From: Eledone cirrhosa
Taxonomy: Eukaryota
NCBI GenBank assembly: GCA_964016885.1
Contig: OZ024753.1
Coordinates: 21,886,001 to 21,950,000 of the forward strand
DNA length: 64,000 bases
Reading direction: 5' to 3'
Shown here: in pieces, positions 26,601 to 41,600 of the stretch
Position numbering within the stretch: the stretch's first letter is position 1
Layout of the letters: each line of letters opens with the position of its first letter
Made by a program: the position numbers and the translations under genes
Notes under the pieces: generated by a model
What the model was told of the DNA's origin: nothing
Database searches by the model: none
What the model saw: the letters and a program-made list of their open reading frames with translations, nothing else

Positions 26601-29600
26601 CTGTGGCCAGTGATGGAAGATTTAACAAATGTGGCCAGTGATGGAAGGTTTAACAAATGTGGCCAGTGATGGAAGGTTTAACAAATGTGACCAGTGATGG
26701 AAGGTTTAACAAATGTGGCCAGTGATGGAAGATTTAACAAATGTGGCCAGTGATGGAAGGTTTAACAAATGTGGCCAGTGATGGAAGGTTTAACAAATGT
26801 GACCAGTGATGGAAGGTTTAACAAATGTGGCCAGTGATGGAAGATTTAACAAATGTGGCCAGTGATGGAAGGTTTAATGAATGGGGTCAGTGATGGAAGG
26901 TTTAATGAATGGGGTCAGTGATGGAAGGTTTAACAAATGTGGCTAGTGATAGAAGGTTTAACAAATGTGGCCAGTGATGGAAGGTTTAATGAATGGGGTC
27001 AGTGATGGAAGGTTTAATGAATGGGGTCAGTGATGGAAGGTTTAACAAATGTGGCTAGTGATAGAAGGTTTAACAAATGTGGCCAGTGATGGAAGGTTTA
27101 ACAAATGTGGCCAGTGATGGAAGGTTTAACAAATGTGACCAGTGATGGAAGGTTTAACAAATGTGGCCAGTGATGGAAGATTTAACAAATGTGGCCAGTG
27201 ATGGAAGGTTTAATGAATGGGGTCAGTGATGGAAGGTTTAATGAATGTGGCCAGTGATGGAAGGTTTAATGAATGGGGTCAGTGATGGAAGGTTTAACAA
27301 ATGTGGCCAGTGATGGAAGGTTTAACAAATGTGGCCAGTGATGGAAGATTTAACAAATGTGGCCAGTGATGGAAGGTTTAATGAATGGGGTCAGTGATGG
27401 AAGGTTTAACAAATGTGACCAGTGATGGAAGGTTTAACAAATGTGGCCAGTGATGGAAGATTTAACAAATGTGCCCAGTGATGGAAGGTTTAACAAATGT
27501 AGCCAGTGATGGAAGGTTTAACAAATGTGGCCAGTGGTGGAAGGTTTAAGGAATGTGGCCAGTGATGGAAGGTTTAACAAATGTGGCCAGTGATGGAAGG
27601 TTTAACAAATGTGGCCAGTGATGGAAGATTTAACAAATGTGGCCAGTGATGGAAGGTTTAATGAATGGGGTCAGTGATGGAAGGTTTAACAAATGTAGCC
27701 AGTGATGGAAGGTTTAACAAATGTGGCCAGTGATGGAAGTTTTAACAAATGTGGCCAGTGATGGAGGGTTTAATAAATGTGCCCAGTGATGGAAGGTTTA
27801 ACAAATGTAGCCAGTGATGGAAGGTTTAACAAATGTGGCCAGTGGTGGAAGGTTTAAGGAATGTGGCCAGTGATGGAAGGTTTAACAACTGTGGCCAGTG
27901 ATGGACGGTTTAACAACTGTGGCCAGTGATGGAAGGTTTAACAACTGTGGCCAGTGATGGAAGGTTTAAGGAATGTGGCCAGTGATGGAAGGTTTAACAA
28001 CTGTGGCCAGTGATGGAAGGTTTAACAACTGTGGCCAGTGATGGAAGGTTTAACAACTGTGGCCAGTGATGGAAGGTTTAAGGAATGTGGCCAGTGATGG
28101 AAGGTTTAACAACTGTGGCCAGTGATGGACGGTTTAATGAATGTGGCCAGTGATGGAAGGTTTAACAAATGTGGCCAGTGATGGAAGGTTTAACAAATGT
28201 GGCCAGTGAGGGAAGGTTTGGCCAGTGATGGAAGGTTTAACAAATGTGGCCGGTGGTGGAAGGTTTAACAAATGTGGCCAGTGATGGAAGGTTTAATGAA
28301 TGGGGTCAGTGATGGAAGGTTTAATGAATGTGGCCAGTGATGGAAGGTTTAACAAATGTGGCCAGTGATGGAACGTTTAACAAATGTGGCCAGTGATGGA
28401 AGGTTTAACAAATGTGGCCAGTGATGGAACGTTTAACAAATGTGGCCAGTGATGGAAGGTTTAACAACCGTACCCAGTGGTGGAACATATGATGAATGTG
28501 GCCAGTGATGGAAGGTTTAACAAATGTGGCCAGTCATGGAAGGTTTAACAAATGTGGCCAGTGATGGAAGATTTAACAAATGTGGCCAGTGATGGAAGTT
28601 TTAATAACTGTGGCCAGTGATGGAAGATTTAACAAATGTGGCCAGTGGTGGAAGATTTAACAAATGTAGCCAGTGATGGAAGGTTTAATAAATGTGCCCA
28701 GTGATGGAAGGTTTAACAAATGTAGCCAGTGATGGAAGGTTTAACAAATGTGGCCAGTGATGGAAGGTTTAATGAATGGGGTCAGTGATGGAAGGTTTAA
28801 CAAATGTGGCCAGTGATGGAAGGTTTAACAAATGTGGCCAGTGATGGAAGTTTTAACAAATGTGGCCAGTGGTGGAAGGTTTAACAAATGTGGCCAGTGA
28901 TGGAACGTTTAACAAATGTGGCCAGTGATGGAAGGTTTAACAACCGTACCCAGTGGTGGAACATATGATGAATGTGGCCAGTGATGGAAGGTTTAACAAA
29001 TGTGGCCAGTCATGGAAGGTTTAACAAATGTGGCCAGTGATGGAAGATTTAACAAATGTGGCCAGTGATGGAAGGTTTAATAACTGTGGCCAGTGATGGA
29101 AGATTTAACAAATGTGGCCAGTGGTGGAAGATTTAACAAATGTAGCCAGTGATGGAAGGTTTAATAAATGTGGCCAGTGATGGAAGGTTTAACAAATGTG
29201 GCCAGTGATGGAACGTTTAACAAATGTGGCCAGTGATGGAAGGTTTAACAACCGTACCCAGTGGTGGAACATATGATGAATGTGGCCAGTGATGGAAGGT
29301 TTAACAAATGTGGCCAGTCATGGAAGGTTTAACAAATGTGGCCAGTGATGGAAGATTTAACAAATGTGGCCAGTGATGGAAGGTTTAATAACTGTGGCCA
29401 GTGATGGAAGATTTAACAAATGTGGCCAGTGGTGGAAGATTTAACAAATGTGGCCAGTGATGGAAGATTTAACAAATGTGGCCAGTGATGGAAGGTTTAA
29501 TAAATGTGCCCAGTGATGGAAGGTTTAACAAATGTGGCCAGTGGTGGAAGGTTTAACAAATGTGGCCAGTGATGGAAGGTTTAATGAATGGGGTCAGTGA

Positions 29601-32600
29601 TGGAAGGTTTAACAAATGTGGCCAGTGATGGAAGGTTTAACAAATGTGGCCAGTGATGGAAGTTTTAACAAATGTGGCCAGTGGTGGAAGGTTTAACAAA
29701 TGTGGCCAGTGATGGAAGGCTTAATGAATGTGGCCAGTGATGGAAGGTGTAACAAATGTGGCCAGTGATGGAAGGTGTAACAAATGTGGCCAGTGATTGA
29801 AGGTTTAATGAATGGGGTCAGTGATGGAAGGTTTAACAAATGTGGCCAGTGATGGAAGTTCTAACAAATGTGGCCAGTGGTGGAAGGTTTAACAACTGTG
29901 GCCTGTGATGGAAGGTTTAACAAATGTGGCCAGTGATGGAAGGTTTAATGAATGTGGCCAGTTATGGAAGGTTTAACAATTGTGACCAGTCATGGAAGGT
30001 TTAACAAATGTGGCCAGTGATGGAAGGTTTAATGAATGTGGCCAGTGATGGAAGGTTTAAAAACTGTGGCCAGTGATGGAAGGTTTAACAACTGTGGCCA
30101 GTGATGGAAGGTTTAACAAATGTGGCCAGTGATGGAAGGTTTAACAAATGTGGCCAGTGATGGAAGGTTTAACAAATGTGGCCAGTGATGGAAGGTTTAA
30201 CAACTGTGGCCAGTGATGGAAGGTTTAACAAATGTGGCCAGTGATGGAAGGTTTAAGGAATGTGGCCAGTGATGGAAGGTTTAACAACTGTGGCCAGTGA
30301 TGGACGGTTTAATGAATGTGGCCAGTGATGGAAGGTTTAACAAATGTGGCCAGTGATGGAAGGTTTAACAAATGTGGCCAGTGAGGGAAGGTTTGGCCAG
30401 TGATGGAAGGTTTAACAAATGTGGCCGGTGGTGGAAGGTTTAACAAATGTGGCCAGTGATGGAAGGTTTAACAAATGTGGACAGTGATGGAAGGTTTCAT
30501 GAATGGGGTCAGTGATGGAAGGTTTAATGAATGTGGCCAGTGATGGAAGGTTTAACAAATGTGGCCAGTGATGGAACGTTTAACAAATGTGGCCAGTGAT
30601 GGAAGGTTTAACAAATGTGATCAGTGATGGAAGGTTTAACAAATGTGGCCAGTGATGGAAGGTTTAACAACTGTGGCCTATGATGGAAGGTTTAACAAAT
30701 GTGGCCAGTGATGGAAGATTTAATAAATGTGGCCAGTGATGGAAGGTTTAACAAATGTGGCCAGTGATGGAAGGTTTAATAACTGTGGCCAGTGATGGAA
30801 GATTTAACAAATGCGGCCAGTGATGGAAGGTTTAATGAATGTGGCCAGTGATGGAAGGTTTAACAAATGTGGCCAGTGATGGAAGGTTTAACAAATGTGG
30901 CCAGTGATGGATGGTTTAACAAATGTGGCCAGTGATGGAAGGTTTAATGAATGGGGTCAGTGATGGAAGGCTTAACAAATGTGGCCAGTGATGGAAGGTT
31001 TATCAAATGTGACCTGTGATGGAAGCTTTAACAAATGTCGCCAATGATGGAAGGTTTCACAAATGTGGCCAGTGATGGAAGGTTTAACAACTGTGGCCAG
31101 TCATGGATGGTTTAACAAATGTGGCCAGTGATGGAAGATTTAACAAATGTGGCCAGTGATGGAGGGTTTAATAAATGTGCCCAGTGATGGAAGGTTTAAC
31201 AAATGTAGCCAGTGATGGAAGGTTTAACAAATGTGGCCAGTGGTGGAAGGTTTAACAAATGTGGCCAGTGATGGAAGTTTTAACAAATGTGGCCAGTGGT
31301 GGAAGGTTTAACAAATGTGGCCAGTGATGGAAGTTTTAACAAATGTGGCCAGTGGTGGAAGGTTTAACAAATGTGGCCAGTGATGGAAGGCTTAATGAAT
31401 GTGGCCAGTGATGGAAGGTGTAACAAATGTGGCCAGTGATGGAAGTTTTAACAAATGTGGCCAGTGATGGAAGTTTTAACAAATGTGGCCAGTGATGGAA
31501 GTTTTAACAAATGTGGCTAGTGGTGGAAGGTTTAACAACTGTGGCCAGTGATGGAAGGTTTAACAAATGTGGCCAGTGATGGAAGGTTTAATGAATGTGG
31601 CCAGTTATGGAAGGTTTAACAATTGTGACCAGTCATGGAAGGTTTAACAAATGTGGCCAGTGATGGAAGGTTTAATGAATGTGGCCAGTGATGGAAGGTT
31701 TAATGAATGTGGCCAGTGATGAAAGGTTTAACAAATGTGATCTGTGATGGAAGGTGTAACAAATGTGGCCAGTGATGGAAGGTTTAATGAATGTGATCTG
31801 TGATGGAAGGTTTAACAAATGTGGCCAGTGATGGAAGGTTTAACAAATGTGATCTGTGATGGAAGGTTTAACAAATGTGGCCAGTGATGGAAGGTTTACC
31901 AAATGTGGCCAGTGATGGAAGGTTTAACAACTGTGGCCAGTGATGGAAGGTTTAACAAATGTGGCCAGTGATGGAAGGTTTAACAACTGTGGCCAGTGAT
32001 GGAAGGTTTAACAAATGTGGCCAGTGATGGAAGGTTTAATGAATGTGGCCAGTGATGGAAGGTTTAACAACTGTGGCCAGTGATGGACGGTTTAATGAAT
32101 GTGGCCAGTGATGGAAGGTTTAACAAATGTGGCCAGTGATGGAAGGCTTAACAAATGTGGCCAGAGATGGAAGGTTTAACAAATGTGGCCAGTGATGGAA
32201 GGTTTAACAAATGTGGCCAGTGATGGAAGGTTTAATGAATGTGGCCAGTGATGGAAGGTTTAACAAATGTGGCCAGTGATGGAAGGTTTAATGAATGTGG
32301 CCAGTGATGGAAGGTTTAACAAATGTGGCCAGTGGTGGAAGGTTTAACAAATGTGGCCAGTGATGGAAGGTTTAATGAATGTGGCCAGTGATGGAAGGTT
32401 TAACAAATGTGGCCAGTGATGGAAGGTTTAATGAATGTGGCCAGTGATGGAAGGTTTAACAAATGTGGCCAGTGGTGGAAGGTTTAACAACTGTGGCCAG
32501 TGATGGAAGGTTTAACAACTGTGGCCAGTGATGGAAGGTTTAACAAATGTGGCCAGTTATGGAAGATTTAACAACTGTGGCCAGTTATGGAAGGTTTAAT

Positions 32601-35600
32601 GAATGTGGCCAGTGATGGAAGATTTAACAAATGTGGCCAGTGATGGAAGGTTTAACAATTGTGGCCAGTTATGGAAGGTTTAACAAATGTGGCCAGTGAT
32701 GGGAGGTTTAAAAAATGTGGCCAGTGATGGAAGGTTTAATGAATGTGGCCAGTGATGGAAGCTTTAACAACTGTGGCCAGTGATGGAAGGTTTAATAACT
32801 GTGGCCAGTGATGGAAGGTTTAACAACTGTGGCCAGTGATGGAAGATTTAACAAATGTGGCCAGTGATGGAAGATTTAAGAAATGTGGCCAGTGATGGAA
32901 GGTTTTACAAATGTGGCCAGTGATGGAAGGTTTAACAAATGTAGCCAGTGATGGAAGGTTTAATGAATATGGCCAGTGATGGAAGGTTTAACAAATGTGG
33001 CCAGTGGTGGAAGGTTTAACAAATGTGGCCAGTGATGGAAGGTTTAATGAATGGGGGCAGTGATGGAAGGTTTAACAAATGTGGCCAGCGATGGAAGGTT
33101 TAACAAATGTGGCCAGTGATGGAAGGTTTAACAACTGTGTCCAGTAATGGAAGGTTTAACAAATGTGGCCAGTGATGGAAGGTTTAATGAACTTTGCCAG
33201 TGATGGAAGGTTTAATGAATGGGGCCAGTGATGGAAGGTTTAAAAACTGTGGCAAGTGATGGAAGGTTTAATGAATGTGGCCAGTGATGGAAGGTTTAAT
33301 AAATGTGGCCAGTGATGGAAGGTTTAACAAATGTGGCCTGTGGTGGAAGGTTTAATGAATGTGGCCAGTGATGGAAGGGTTAATATCTGTGGCCAGTGAT
33401 GGAAGGTTTAATAAATGTGGCCAGTGATGGAAGGTTTAACAAATGTGGACAGTGATGGAAGGTTTAATGAATGGGGTCAGTGAGGGAAGGTTTAAAAAAT
33501 GTGGCTAGTGAAGGAAGGTTTAACAAATGTGGCCAGTGATGGAAGGTTTAACAAATGTGGCCAGTGGTGGAAGGTTTAATGAATGTGGCCAGTGATGGAA
33601 GGTTTAACAAATGTGGCCAGTGATGGAATGTATAACAACTGTGGCCAGTGATGGAAGATTTAACAAATGTGGCCAGTGGAGGAAGATTTAACAAATGTGG
33701 CCAGTGATGGAAGGTTTAACAAATGTGGCCAGTGATGGAAGGTTTAACAAATGTGGTCAGTGATGGAAGGTTTAATGAATGGGCCATTGATGCAAGGTTT
33801 AACAAATGTGGCCAGTGATGGAAGGTTGAATGAATGTGGCCAGTGATGGAAGGTTTAACAAATGTGGCCAGTGATGGAAGGTTTAATGAATGGGCCAGTG
33901 ATGGAAAGTTTAACACATGTGGCCAGTGATGGAAGGTTTAACAAATGTGGCCAGTGATGGAAGGTTTAACAAATGTGGTCAGTGATGGAAGGTTTAATAA
34001 ATGTGGCCAGTGATGGAAGGTTCAACAAATGTGGCCAGTTGATGGAAGGTTTAACAAATGTGGCCAGTGATGGAAGGTTTAATGAATGTGGCCAGTGATT
34101 GAAGGTTTAACAGATGTGGCCAGTGATGGAAGGTTTAATGAATGTGGCCAGTGGTGGAAGGTTTAAAAAATGTGGCCAGTGATGGAAGGTTTAACAAATG
34201 TGGCCAGTGATGGAAGGTTTAACAAATGTGGCCAGTGATGGAAGGTTTAACAAATGTGGCCAGTGATGGAAGGTTTAACAAATGTGGACAGTGATGGAAG
34301 GTTTCATGAATGGGGTCAGTGATGGAAGGTTTAATGAATGTGGCCAGTGATGGAAGGTTTAACAAATGTGGCCAGTGATGGAAGGTTTAACATATGTGGC
34401 CAGTGATGGAAGGTTTAATGTATGTGGCCAGTGATGGAAGGTTTAACAAATGTGGCCAGTGATGGAATGTTTAATGAATGTGGCCAGTGATGGAAGGTTT
34501 AACAAATGTGGCCAGTGATGGAAGGTTTAACAAATGTGGCCAGTGATGGAAGGTTTAACAAATGTCGCCAGTGATGGAAGGTTTAATAACTGTGGCCAGT
34601 GATGGAAGGTTTAACAAATGTGGCCAGTGATGGATGGTTTAACAAATGTGGCCAGTGATGGAAGGTTTAATGAATGGGGTCAGTGATGGAAGGTTTAACA
34701 AATGTGGCTAGTGATGGAAGGTTTAACAAATGTGGCCAGTGATGGAAGGTTTAACAAATGTGGCCAGTGATGGAAGGTTTAACAAATGTGGCCAGTGATG
34801 GAAGGTTTAACAAATGTCGCCAGTGATGGAAGGTTTCACAAATGTGGCCAGTAATGGAAGGTTTAACAACTGTGGCCAGTCATGGAAGGTTTAACAAATG
34901 TGGCCAGTGATGGAAGGTTTAATAACTGTGGCCAGTGATGGAAGATTTAACAAATGTGGCCAGTGATGGAAGGTTTAACAACTGTGGCCAGTGATGGAAG
35001 GTTTAATGAATGGGGTCAGTGATGGAAGGTTTAACAACTGTGGCCAGTGATGGAAGGTTTAACAACTATGGCCAGTGATTGAAGGTTTAATGAATGTGGC
35101 CAGTGATGGAAGGTTTAACAACTGTGGCCAGTGAATGACGGTTTAATGAATGTGGCCAGTGATGGAAGGTTTAACAAATGTGGCCAGTGATGGAAGGTTT
35201 AACAAATGTGGCCAGTGATGGAAGGTTTAACAAATGTGGCCAGTGATGGAAGGTTTAACAAATGTGGCCAGTGATGGAAGGTTTAATGAATGTGGCCAGT
35301 GATGGAATGTTTAACAATTGTGAACAGTGATGGAAGGTTTAATGAATGTGGCCAGTGATGGAAGGTTTAATGAATGTGGCCAGTGATGGAAGGTTTAAAA
35401 AATGTGGCCAATGATGGAAGGTTTAACAAATGTGGCCAGTGATGGAAGGTTTAATGAATGTGGCCAATGATGGAACGTTTAACAAATGTGGCCAGTGATG
35501 GAAGGTTTAACAAATGTGGCCAGTGATGGAAGGTTGAATGAATGTGGCCAGTGATGGAAGGTTTAACAACTGTGGCCAGTGATGGAAGGTTTAATGAATG

Positions 35601-38600
35601 TGGCCAATGATAGAAGGTTTAACAAATGTGGCCAGTGGTGGAAGGTTTAACAAATGTGGCCAGTGATGGAAGGTTTAATGAATGTGGCCAATGATAGAAG
35701 GTTTAACAAATGTGGCCAGTGATGGAAGGTTTAATGAATGTGGCCAATGATAGAAGGTTTAACAAATGTGGCCAGTGGTGGAAGGTTTAACAAATGTGGC
35801 CAGTGATGGAAGGTTTAATGAATGTGGCCAATGATAGAAGGTTTAACAAATGTGGCCAGTGATGGAAGGTTTAACAAATGTGGCCAGTGATGGAAGGTTT
35901 AACAAATGTGGCCAGTGATGGAAGGTTTAACAACTGTGGCCAGTGATGGAAGGTTTAATGAATGTGGCCAATGATAGAAGGTTTAACAAATGTGGCCAGT
36001 GGTGGAAGGTTTAACAAATGTGGCCAGTGATGGAAGGTTTAATGAATGTGGCCAATGATAGAAGGTTTAACAAATGTGGCCAGTGATGGAAGGTTTAATG
36101 AATGTGGCCAATGATAGAAGGTTTAACAAATGTGGCCAGTGATGGAAGGTTTAACAAATGTGGCCAGTGATGGAAGGTTTAACAAATGTGGCCAGTGATG
36201 GAAGGTTTAACAACTGTGGCCAGTGATAGAAGGTTTAATAAATGTGGCCAGTGAAGGAAGGTTTAACAACTGTGGCCAGTGATAGAAGGTTTAAGAAATG
36301 TGGCCAGTTATGGAAGGTTTAACAACTGTGGCCAGTGATGGAAGGTTTAACAACTGTGGCCAGTGATAGAAGGTTTAATAAATGTGGCCAGTGAAGGAAG
36401 GTTTAACAACTGTGGCCAGTGATAGAAGGTTTAATAAATGTGGCCAGTGATGGAAGGTTTAACAACTGTGGCCAGTGATGGAAGGTTTAACAACTGTGGC
36501 CAGTGATGGAAGGTTTAAGAAATGTGGCCAGTTATGGAAGGTTTAACAACTGTGGCCAGTGATGGAAGGTTTAACAACTGTGGCCAGTGATAGAAGGTTT
36601 AATAAATGTGGCCAGTGAAGGAAGGTTTAACAACTGTGGCCAGTGATAGAAGGTTTAATAAATGTGGCCAGTGATGGAAGGTTTAACAACTGTGTCCAGT
36701 GATGGAGGGTTTAACAAATGTGGCCAGTTATGGAAGGTTTAACAAATGTGGCCAGTGATGGAAGGTTTAACAAATGTGGCCAGTGATGGAAGGTTTAATT
36801 AATGTGGCCAGTGATGGAAGGTTTAACAAATGTGGCCTGTGGTGGAAGGTTTAACAACTGTGGCCAGTGATGGAAGGTTTAACAACTGTGGCCAGTGATG
36901 GAAGGTTTAACAAATGTGGTCAGTTGATGGAAGGTTTAACAAATGTGGCCAGTGATGGAAGGTTTAATGAATGTGGCCAGTGATTGAAGGTTTAACAAAT
37001 GTCGCCAGTGATGGAAGGTTTAATGAATGTGGCCAGTTGTGGAAGGTTTAAAAAATGTGGCCAGTGATGGAAGGTTTAACAAATGTGGCCAGTGATGGAA
37101 GGTTTAACAAATGTTGCCAGTGAGGGAAGGTTTAATGAATGTGGCCAGTGATGGAAGGTTTAACAAATGTGGCCGGTGGTGGAAGGTTTAACAAATGTGG
37201 CCAGTGATGGAAGGTTTAACAAATGTGGCCAGTGATGGAAGGTTTAATGAATGGGGTCAGTGATGGAAGGTTTAACAAATGTGGCCAGTGATGGAAGGTT
37301 TAACAAATGTGGGCAGTGATGGAAGGTTTAACAAATGTGGCCAGTGGTGGAAGGTGTAACAAATGTGGACAGTGATGGAAGGTTTCATGAATGGGGTCAG
37401 TGATGGAAGGTTTAATGAATGTGGCCAGTGATGGAAGGTTTAACAAATGTGGCCAGTGATGGAAGGTTTAACAAATGTGATCAGTGATGGAAGGTTTAAC
37501 AAATGTGGCCAGTGATGGAAGGTTTAACAACTGTGGCCAGTGACGGAAGGTTTAACAAATGTGGCCGGTGGTGGAAGGTTTAACAAATGTGGCCAGTGAT
37601 GGAAGGTTTAATGAATGGGGTCAGTGATGGAAGGTTTAACATATGTGGCCAGTGATGGAAGGTTTAACATATGTGGCCAGTGATGGAAGGTTTAATGTAT
37701 GTGGCCAGTGATGGAAGGTTTAACAAATGTGGCCAGTGATGGAAGGTTTAATGAATGTGGCCAGTGATGGAAGGTTTAACAAATGTGGCCAGTGATGGAA
37801 GGTTTAACAAATGTGGCCAGTGATGGAAGATTTAACAAATGTGGCCAGTGATGGAAGGTTTAACAAATGTGGCCAGTGATGGAAGGTTTAATAACTGTGG
37901 CCAGTGATGGAAGATTTAACAAATGTGGCCAGTGATGGAAGGTTTAATGAATGTGGCCAGTGATGGAAGGTTTAACAAATGTGGCCAGTGATGGAAGGTT
38001 TAACAAATGTGGCCAGTGATGGATGGTTTAACAAATGTGGCCAGTGATGGAAGGTTTAATGAATGGGGTCAGTGATGGAAGGTTTAACAAATGTGGCTAG
38101 TGATGGAAGGTTTAACAAATGTGGCCAGTGATGGAAGGTTTAACAAATGTGGCCAGTGATGGAAGGTTTAACAAATGTGGCCAGTGATGGAAGGTTTAAC
38201 AAATGTGGCTAGTGATGGAAGGTTTAACAAATGTGGCCAGTGATGGAAGGTTTAACAAATGTGGCCAGTGATGGAAGGTTTAACAAATGTGACCAGTGAT
38301 GGAAGGTTTAACAAATGTCGCCAGTGATGGAAGGTTTAACAACTGTGGCCAGTCATGGAAGGTTTAACAAATGTGGCCAGTGATGGAAGTTTTAACAACT
38401 GTGGCCAGTGATGGAAGGTTTAATGAATGTGGCCAGTGATGGAAGGTTTAACAACTGTGGCCAGTGATGGAAGGTTTAACAAATGTGGTCAGTTGATGGA
38501 AGGTTTAACAATTGTGGCCAGTGATGGAAGGTTTAATGAATGTGGCCAGTGATTGAAGGTTTAACAAATGTGGCCAGTGATGGAAGGTTTAACAAATGTG

Positions 38601-41600
38601 GCCAGTGATGGAAGGTTTAACAAATGTGGCCAGTGATGGAAGGTTTAACAAATGTGGCCAGTGAGGGAAGGTTTAATGAATGTGGCCAGTGACGGAAGGT
38701 TTAACAAATGTGGCCGGTGGTGGAAGGTTTAACAAATGTGGCCAGTGATGGAAGGTTCAATGAATGGGGTCAGTGATGGAAGGTTTAACAAATGTGGCCA
38801 GTGATGGAAGGTTTAACAAATGTGGCCAGTGATGGAAGGTTTAACAAATGTGGCCAGTGGTGGAAGGTGTAACAAATGTGGACAGTGATGGAAGGTTTCA
38901 TGAATGGGGTCAGTGATGGAAGGTTTAACAAATGTGGCCAGTGATGGAAGGTTTAACAAATGTGGCCAGTGATGGAAGGTTCAATGAATGGGGTCAGTGA
39001 TGGAAGGTTTAACAAATGTGGCCAGTGATGGAAGGTTTAACAAATGTGGCCAGTGATGGAAGGTTTAACAAATGTGGCCAGTGGTGGAAGGTGTAACAAA
39101 TGTGGCCAGTGATGGAAGGTTTAATGAATAGGGGCAGTGATGGAAGGTTTAACAAATGTGGCCAGCGATGGAAGGTTTAACAAATGTGGCCAGTGATGGA
39201 AGGTTTAACAACTGTGGCCAGTAATGGAAGGTTTAACAAATGTGGCCAGTGACGGAAGGTTTAATGAATTTGGCCAGTGATGGAAGGTTTAATGAATGGG
39301 GCCAGTGATGGAAGGTTTAACAACTGTGGCCAGTGATGGAAGGTTTAATGAATGGGGCCAGTGATGGAAGGTTTAAAAACTGTGGCAAGTGATGGAAGGT
39401 TTAATGAATGTGGCCAGTGATGGAAGGTTTAATAAATGTGGCCAGTGATGGAAGGTTTAACAAATGTGGCCTGTGGTGGAAGGTTTAATGAATGTGGCCA
39501 GTGATGGAAGGTTTAATATCTGAGGCCAGTGATGGAAGGTTTAACAAATGTGGCCAGTGATGGAAGGTTTAATGAATGGGGTCAATGATGGAAGGTTTAA
39601 AAAATGAGGCTAGTGATGTAAGGTTTAACAAATGTGGCCAGTGATGGAAGGTTTAACAAATGTGGCCAGTGGTGGAAGGTTTAATGAATGTGCCCAGTGA
39701 TGGAAGGTTTAACAAATGTAGCCAGTGATGGAAGGTTTAACAAATGTGGCCAGTGGTGGAAGGTTTAAGAAATGTGGCCAGTGATGGAAGGTTTAATGAA
39801 TGGGGTCAGTGATGGAAGGTTTAACAACTGTGGCCAGTGATGGAAGGTTTAACAAATGTGGCCAGTGATGGAAGTTTTAACAAATGTGGCCAGTGATGGA
39901 AGATTTAACAAATGTGGCCAGTGATGGAAGGTTTAATGAATGTGGCCAGTGGTGGAAGGTTTAACAAATGTAGCCAGTGATGGAAGGTTTAACAAATGTG
40001 GCCAGTGGTGGAAGGTTTAACAAATGTGGCCAGTGATGGAAGGTTTAATGAATGGGGTCAGTGATGGAAGGTTTAACAAATGTGGCCAGTGATGGAAGGT
40101 TTAACAAATGTGGCCAGTGATGGAAGTTTTAACAAATGTGGCCAGTGGTGGAAGGTTTAACAAATGTGGCCAGTGATGGAAGGTTTAATGAATGGGACCA
40201 GTGATGGAAGGTTTAACAAATGTGGCCAGTGATGGAAGTTTTAACAAATGTGGCCAGTGATGGGAAGGTTTAACAAACGTGGCCAGTGATGGAAGGTGTA
40301 ACAAATGTGGCCAGTGATGGAAGGTGTAACAAATGTGGCCAGTGATGGAAGGTTTAATGAAAGGGGTCAGTGATGGAAGGTTTAATAACTGTGGCCAGTG
40401 ATGGAAGGTTTAATGAATGGGGTCAGTGATGGAAGGTTTAACAAATGTGGCCAGTGATGGAAGGTTTAACAAATGTGGCCAGTGATGGAAGGTTTAACAA
40501 ATGTGGCCAGTGATGGAAGGTTTAACAAATGTGGCCAGTGATGGAAGGTTTAACAAATGTGGCCAGTGATGGAAGGTTTAACAGATGTGGCCAATGATGG
40601 AAGGTTAAATGAATGGGACCAGTGATGGAAGGTTTAACAAATGTGGCCAGTGATGGAAGGTTTAACAAATGTGACCAGTGATGGAAAATTTAATGAATGG
40701 GCCAGTGATGGAAGGTTTAACAAACGTGGCCAGTGATGGAAGGTTTAACAAATGTGGCCAGTGATGGAAGGTTTAACAAATGTGGCCAGTGATGGAAGGT
40801 TTAACAAATGTGGCCAATGATGGAAGGTTTAAAAATGTGGCCAGTGATGGAAGGTTTAATGAATGTGGCCAATGATGGAAGGTTTAACAAATGTGGCCAG
40901 TGATGGAAGGTTTAAAAAATGTGACCAGTGATGGAAGGTTTAATGAATGTGGCCAGTGATGGAAGGTTTAACAAATGTGGCCAGTGATGGAAGGTTTAAC
41001 AAATGTGGCCAGTGATGGAAGGTTTAACAACTGTGGCCAGTGATGGGAGGTTTAATGAATGTGGCCAGTGATAGAAGGTTTAACAAATGTGGCCAGTGGT
41101 GGAAGGTTTAACAAATGTGGCCAGTGTTGGAAGGTTTAAGAAACGTAGCCAGTGATGGAAGGTTGAACTAATGTGGCCAGTGATGGAAGGTTTAACAAAT
41201 GTGGCCAGTGATGGAAGGTTTAACAAATGTGGCCAGTTATAGAAGGTTTAACAACTGTGGCCAGTTATGGAAGGTTTAACAACTGTGGCCAGTGATGGAA
41301 GGTTTAACAACTGTGGCCAGTGATGGAAGGTTTAACAACTGTGGCCAGTGATGGAAGGTTGAACTAATGTGGCCAGTGATGGAAGGTTTAACAACTGTGG
41401 CCAGTGATGGAAGGTTTAACAAATGTGGCCAGTTATGGAAGGTTTAACAACTGTGGCCAGTGATGGAAGGTTTAACAAATGTGGCCAGTGATGGAAGGTT
41501 TAATGAATGTGGCCAGTGATGGAAGGTTTAAAAAATGTGGCCAGTGGTGGAAGGTTTAACAACTGTGGCCAGTGATGTAAGGTTTAACAAATGTGGCCTG

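Noticed and set aside
33716-33916. 66-aa minus-strand ORF
   Set aside because: A chance product of 1-bp deletions and a substitution that skip the periodic stop codon in the satellite.
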